From an uncultured SAR86 cluster bacterium (GTDB taxonomy: Bacteria > Pseudomonadota > Gammaproteobacteria > Magnimaribacterales > TMED112): a stretch of DNA of 64,000 nt. The position numbers and the translations under genes are program-made. The notes under the pieces were generated by a model, which did not search any database, was not told the DNA's origin, and saw only the letters and a list, made by a program, of their open reading frames with translations. Within the stretch, counting starts at the first letter, position 1, and each line of letters opens with the position of its first letter. Below, one piece after another: positions 59,073 to 64,000 of this stretch. Location: positions 1,598 through 65,597 of the forward strand of contig CACLXU010000003.1 of assembly GCA_902610995.1 (NCBI GenBank), in the 5' to 3' direction.

Positions 59073-59952
59073 AAATAATAAGGCTGCACGAAGGTTTAAA
59101 GCTTTACATAAATCCGTGATGGATAAATTTTTGCAATTTGAGACATCATTAAAACCTATCCATGATAAATGGGAAAAACCTGAACTGGGCGAGGGATATT
59201 CTGTAGTCATAGATGGGGGTGAGTTTTTTGATAAAGCTGGCATAAATTTTTCCCAAATATCAGGTGAATCATTGCCAAGATCCTCAGTTGGCTCAGAGAA
59301 CTTCCAAGAGGCACCATATTTTGCAACTGGAGTATCAGTGGTTTTTCACCCTAAAAACCCCAATATCCCAACTTCACACCTTAATGTAAGGTACTTCTGC
59401 ACTTTTAAAGATGGAGATGTTCTTGAAGAGTGGTTTGGGGGCGGATTCGATTTAACACCATATATTCTATTTGAAGAGGATTGCTCTCTTTGGCATAAAA
59501 ATGCAAAAAAAGCATCCAGTCATAACTATGAAGAATGGAAAAAAAATTGTGATGATTATTTTTATCTAAAGCATAGAGATGAGCACCGAGGGATAGGGGG
59601 TGTTTTTTATGAAAAACAAAAATACGAAGATATTGGTGAGGGCTTAAACTTATCAGAAAAAATTGTGAATGCATTCATCAATTCATATCTAGAAATTATT
59701 TCCAAGAGAAAGGACTTTAAATTTTCTGAAAGACAGAAAGAGTTTCAAAGATTTAGGAGAGGCAGATATGTTGAATTTAATCTAATTTATGATCGAGGAA
59801 CGCTTTTTGGTCTTCAGTCTGGAGGAAGAATTGAATCTATACTGATGTCTCTTCCAAATGAAGTTTCTTGGAGATATAAGTTTGATGAGCAATTAACAGA
59901 TGAAGAGAAAGAGCTCTATATGGCCATCAAGAAATCAAAAAAATGGGCATGA
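59062..59952 (+). CDS. hemF: Oxygen-dependent coproporphyrinogen III oxidase
   Basis: H.NVRYF, WFGGGFDLTP and RRGRYVEFNL motifs. Confidence 0.97.
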   Translation: MLDKNNKAARRFKALHKSVMDKFLQFETSLKPIHDKWEKPELGEGYSVVIDGGEFFDKAGINFSQISGESLPRSSVGSENFQEAPYFATGVSVVFHPKNPNIPTSHLNVRYFCTFKDGDVLEEWFGGGFDLTPYILFEEDCSLWHKNAKKASSHNYEEWKKNCDDYFYLKHRDEHRGIGGVFYEKQKYEDIGEGLNLSEKIVNAFINSYLEIISKRKDFKFSERQKEFQRFRRGRYVEFNLIYDRGTLFGLQSGGRIESILMSLPNEVSWRYKFDEQLTDEEKELYMAIKKSKKWA

Positions 59953-60740
59953 AATATAAGCTTGGAATTGTTGGCAAAGATATTGCTTATTCCCTTTCCC
60001 CCTACATACATTCATCATTTGGCAAAGAAGCTGATATTCAGCTAACCTATGATATTTTTGATTTAGATGCTGGCCCCTTAGAGTTCATTGAAAAATTTTT
60101 TGAAGAAGGCGGCACAGGGCTAAATATTACAAAACCTTTCAAGGAAATAGTAGCTGAAAGGTACTCCTCTTTAGGGGATGTTTCTATTAATACGCTTAGT
60201 CTTGAAACTAAAGCTGATCTAAACAATAACACTGTTATCAAAGGCACCTCAACTGATGGAGCAGGCCTTCTTGAAGACTTAATTTCAAGAGGCATAAATG
60301 TGAAAAACAAAGATGTTTTACTTCTTGGATTGGGTGGTGCTGGTTATGCAATTGCAAATTTTCTATCCCATATATGTTCTTTACATGTTTGGAATAGAAG
60401 CAAAAACAAATATAACCGACTGGATCCCTCTCAGAATTTAAAAATATTTGAAGAAAATAAAACTAGCTATGATTTAGTAATTAGTTGCGTTTCATCTTTA
60501 GACGAGGCTTATTTAGAATTGATTTCAGATATTAAATTTAATGCAGAAGCACATTTTGTAGATATTAATTATAGAAATTTAAGCAATGAAAGGCTGTACG
60601 CTTTAGCTAAGACCAAAAATATTAACTTTCTTGATGGTCGGGGGATGCTTGTAGAGCAGGCTGCACTGTCTTTTAAGGAGTGGTTTGGAATTATTCCAAC
60701 CAAAGAAATCAAAAATAAGATTAAAAATGAAAGGTTATAA
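59943..60740 (+). CDS. aroE: Shikimate dehydrogenase
   Basis: SLSP.IH, NITKPFK, TDG.G, GLGGA and G.GMLVEQA motifs. Confidence 0.93.
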   Translation: MGMKYKLGIVGKDIAYSLSPYIHSSFGKEADIQLTYDIFDLDAGPLEFIEKFFEEGGTGLNITKPFKEIVAERYSSLGDVSINTLSLETKADLNNNTVIKGTSTDGAGLLEDLISRGINVKNKDVLLLGLGGAGYAIANFLSHICSLHVWNRSKNKYNRLDPSQNLKIFEENKTSYDLVISCVSSLDEAYLELISDIKFNAEAHFVDINYRNLSNERLYALAKTKNINFLDGRGMLVEQAALSFKEWFGIIPTKEIKNKIKNERL

Positions 60741-60891
60741 ATTTATTGCTGGAGCTGTGTGTCCAAGCTGTGGAGATATAGACTCAATTGTTTTAAAAAA
60801 CGACGACTCAATAGTTAAATGTATTTCCTGTAATTATTTTGAAAAGAAAGACAATAACGGCGAAGAATCAATTAGAATAATAAACGATTAA
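60727..60891 (+). CDS. YheV-like zinc-ribbon protein
   Basis: FIAGAVCP.C...D and C..C.Y motifs. Confidence 0.8.
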   Translation: MKGYKFIAGAVCPSCGDIDSIVLKNDDSIVKCISCNYFEKKDNNGEESIRIIND

Positions 60892-60955
60892 ATCTATAAC
60901 TATTGATGGTATTTATTACTCGACATTAGCAATATTTATAGTACTATATGCGTAC

Positions 60956-62107
60956 ATGAAAAAAGAGCTGGGGCTAATTACACTTTTATCTATTTCTTTG
61001 TTTTCATCTGCTGATTGGCTTGATGTCAATATGCCTATGGGTGTCACTGATATAAGCCAAGATGTTTTTGGCTTACATATGCTTATGTTTTGGATTATGG
61101 TAGCCATTGGTGTAGTAGTTTTTGGCGTATTGTTCTATGCAATGTGGAAGTATAGAAGATCTAATAATAAGAAACCTGCAAAATTTGAAGAAAATCATAA
61201 GCTTGAAATGGCATGGACTATCGTTCCAACAATTATACTCGTACTGATGGCTCTTCCAGCATCCAGCCTTCTCAAAAAAATGTATGACCATGATGCTGAA
61301 GAGGGAGGAATTGATATACAGGTAATAGGATGGCAGTGGAAATGGCAATACAAATACTTAGATGAAAAAGTAGGCGAAAAGCCTTTAAGCTTTTTCTCAA
61401 ACTTAACAACACCCGCTGATCAATATGAAACCAATCAAGCAGAGAAAGGAGCGCATTATTTATTAGAAGTTGATGAAGAAGTTGTGGTTCCAATAAACAC
61501 TCCAATCAGATTTTTAATCACTAGTAACGATGTTATCCATTCCTGGTACATGAGTGATTTTGCAGTTAAGCAAGACGCCATTCCTGGTTTTATTAATGTT
61601 GCAAAAACAACAATAAACGTACCAGGTACTTATAGAGGAAATTGTACAGAACTTTGCGGTGAGAGACATGCATACATGCCCATTGTTGTAAGGGCTGTAA
61701 CAGAAGAAGAATATCAAGATTGGATTCAGCAAAAGAGAGATGCAGCAGAACAGCTAGCTTTTCTTACAGAAAAAGAATGGACTGTTGATGAACTGCTTTC
61801 GCAGGGCGAAGAAATTTATAACACTAGATGTGCAGCATGCCATCAAATTAATGGTGCAGGAATTCCAGGTTTTTACCCAGCTCTAGCTGGAAGCGCAGTT
61901 GTAATGAATGATAAATCTGCTCAAATAGAAATACTGATGGAAGGCATTAGGGGAAGTCAAATGCAATCTTTTGCGGAGCAACTTAATGAGGTAGAGATGG
62001 CGTCAGTAATAACTTTTACAAGAATGTCTTGGAATAATGATAAAAACGGTGACGGAACAGTAGTTGTTCCAAAGGACATAGTGGATTATAAAAATATTAA
62101 TTTATAG
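60956..62107 (+). CDS. coxB: Cytochrome c oxidase subunit II with fused cytochrome c
   Basis: DVIHSW, CuA site [12 protein letters not shown] and heme c motif CAACH. Confidence 0.96.
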   Translation: MKKELGLITLLSISLFSSADWLDVNMPMGVTDISQDVFGLHMLMFWIMVAIGVVVFGVLFYAMWKYRRSNNKKPAKFEENHKLEMAWTIVPTIILVLMALPASSLLKKMYDHDAEEGGIDIQVIGWQWKWQYKYLDEKVGEKPLSFFSNLTTPADQYETNQAEKGAHYLLEVDEEVVVPINTPIRFLITSNDVIHSWYMSDFAVKQDAIPGFINVAKTTINVPGTYRGNCTELCGERHAYMPIVVRAVTEEEYQDWIQQKRDAAEQLAFLTEKEWTVDELLSQGEEIYNTRCAACHQINGAGIPGFYPALAGSAVVMNDKSAQIEILMEGIRGSQMQSFAEQLNEVEMASVITFTRMSWNNDKNGDGTVVVPKDIVDYKNINL

Positions 62108-62115
62108 GAGATAAA

Positions 62116-63702
62116 ATGAGTGCAGTAGTTGAACATCACGACCACGACCACGGGCCAAAAAAAGGTTTAACAAGGTGGTTATTTACAACCAATCATAAGG
62201 ATATTGGAACACTTTATCTGTGGTTTAGCTTTTTAATGTTTTTAACTGGTGGTGCCATGGCTATGGGCATCAGAGCAGAATTATTTGAACCAGGATTACA
62301 GCTCCTAGACCCCATTAAATATAACCAACTTGTGACTATGCATGGCTTGATTATGATTTTTGGAGGCGTTATGCCTGCCTTTGTTGGCCTCGCTAACTGG
62401 TTGATACCGATGCAAATTGGTGCACCAGATATGGCTCTTCCACGAATGAATAACTTAAGCTTCTGGCTCCTTCCATCTGCTTTTACTATTCTTCTTTCTA
62501 CAGCATTCATGGAGGGTGGAATGCCAGGATTTGGTTGGACTTTCTATGCTCCACTATCAACAAATTATCCAAACATTGCCTACTTTGTATTCGCAATTCA
62601 TATTATGGGAATTTCTTCAATTATGGGCTCCATAAATGTGATAGTAACAATTATGAATATGAGAGCTCCTGGCATAACGCTTATGAAGATGCCGCTATTC
62701 GTATGGTCATGGCTAATCACAGCTTATTTACTTATAGCAGTAATGCCAGTTTTAGCAGGGGCAGTAACAATGCTTTTAATGGATGCGTACTTCGGTACTT
62801 CCTTTTTTGATGCTGCTGGTGGCGGGGATCCAGTCTTATTTCAACATATATTCTGGTTCTTTGGACATCCAGAGGTTTATATTATGATTCTTCCTGCTTT
62901 TGGAATTACTTCACATATAATTTCAACCTTCTCCAGAAAGCCTCTTTTTGGCCACGCCTCTATGGTTTATGCAATGGTTTCAATTGCTGTGCTCTCATTT
63001 GTTGTTTGGGCTCACCATATGTTTACAGTAGGAATGCCGTTAGTAGCTGAATTATTCTTTATGTGGGCAACAATGCTTATTGCCATACCAACTGGTGTAA
63101 AAGTATTTAATTGGGTTGCAACAATTTTCAAAGGATCAATTACATATGAAACACCAATGTTATTTGCAATTGCTTTTGTCGTCTTATTCACTATAGGAGG
63201 CTTCTCAGGCTTGATGCTTGCAATAACGCCAGCAGATTTTCAATACCATGATACATATTTTGTTGTGGCTCATTTTCATTATGTTTTAGTCCCCGGTGCA
63301 GTATTTTCTATTATGGCAGCAGTTTATTATTGGCTTCCTAAGTGGACAGGTAACATGTATGACGAGACCATGGGTAAGCTACATTTTTGGTTATCTTTCA
63401 TAGGGGTCAATGTAACATTCTTCCCTCAGCACTTTGTTGGATTGGCTGGAATGCCAAGAAGATATGCAGACTATGCATTGCAGTTTGCTGAGTGGAATGC
63501 AATTTCAAGTATTGGTGCATTTTTGTTTGGAGCTTCACAATTACTCTTCTTATACATAGTGGTGAAGTCAGTTTTTGCTGGAAAAAAAGCAACAGCGCAA
63601 GTTTGGGATGGTGCAAGAGGCTTAGAGTGGACAGTAGCTTCTCCAGCTCCATATCACACTTTTGAAATACCACCTAAAATTACTAAATCTACAAAAGTAT
63701 GA
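62116..63702 (+). CDS. coxA: Cytochrome c oxidase subunit I (A1-type)
   Basis: HKDIG, GHPEVY, WAHH and HFHYV motifs. Confidence 0.98.
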   Translation: MSAVVEHHDHDHGPKKGLTRWLFTTNHKDIGTLYLWFSFLMFLTGGAMAMGIRAELFEPGLQLLDPIKYNQLVTMHGLIMIFGGVMPAFVGLANWLIPMQIGAPDMALPRMNNLSFWLLPSAFTILLSTAFMEGGMPGFGWTFYAPLSTNYPNIAYFVFAIHIMGISSIMGSINVIVTIMNMRAPGITLMKMPLFVWSWLITAYLLIAVMPVLAGAVTMLLMDAYFGTSFFDAAGGGDPVLFQHIFWFFGHPEVYIMILPAFGITSHIISTFSRKPLFGHASMVYAMVSIAVLSFVVWAHHMFTVGMPLVAELFFMWATMLIAIPTGVKVFNWVATIFKGSITYETPMLFAIAFVVLFTIGGFSGLMLAITPADFQYHDTYFVVAHFHYVLVPGAVFSIMAAVYYWLPKWTGNMYDETMGKLHFWLSFIGVNVTFFPQHFVGLAGMPRRYADYALQFAEWNAISSIGAFLFGASQLLFLYIVVKSVFAGKKATAQVWDGARGLEWTVASPAPYHTFEIPPKITKSTKV

Positions 63703-64000
63703 AGAGAGCATTTCTAGGGCTTCTTGGCGCCGCAATATTTATGTTTTTCTTTTCCTTTATGCTTGTTCCTTTGTACAACGTTTTTTGTGAAGTTACAGGT
63801 TTAAATGGAAAGATATATGGTCCCTCGGATTTTTTCAAATCACAAAAAGAACAGTTTAACCGAGATGTAAATGTTAGATTTTTGAGTCAGGTAAATGAGT
63901 CTGCACCAGTTACTTTTTACCCATCTTCAGAATCTATGACAGTAGCAACAGATAAGGTGAGTAGGACATCATACGTGGCAAAAAATAATACAAATAAGAA
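63699..64000 (+). CDS. ctaG: Cytochrome c oxidase assembly protein CtaG/Cox11, partial
   Basis: Read manually: [38 protein letters not shown]; overlaps the coxA stop. Confidence 0.9.
   Translation, partial: MKRAFLGLLGAAIFMFFFSFMLVPLYNVFCEVTGLNGKIYGPSDFFKSQKEQFNRDVNVRFLSQVNESAPVTFYPSSESMTVATDKVSRTSYVAKNNTNK

Overview
An AT-rich, extremely gene-dense segment of a streamlined gammaproteobacterial chromosome spanning the replication-origin region. Gene content and compaction suggest a marine oligotroph, SAR86-like by inference only. The core blocks are: a TonB/ExbB operon end; efp-argS-SPOR-yggS-yggT; rpoH-thiS-thiG-trmB; uvrD-lipB-lipA-yaaA; glmS-glmU-atpCDGAHFEB-parBA-rsmG-mnmG-(oriC candidate)-mnmE-yidC-rnpA-rpmH-dnaA-dnaN-recF-gyrB; glyQS, an acyltransferase, trkHA, fmt-def; purE-tsaC-hemF-aroE; and coxB-coxA-ctaG. 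Between uvrD and glmS lies a ~15 kb accessory region. It holds lipid-acting enzymes (AGMO-like, ceramidase-like, hydrolases), a Fur-boxed FTR1 permease, a signal-peptide-bearing PcaB/ASL-family lyase and a run of small co-oriented genes. The run ends in a gene flanked by 19-bp inverted repeats at the glmS stop codon. Other notable points are an alpha2-type GlyRS at the glyQ/glyS position, an insertion-less GyrB, two parS sites inside recF, many apparently leaderless promoters and stop-on-stop convergent overlaps. No rRNA, tRNA, CRISPR array, integrase or transposase was recognised.
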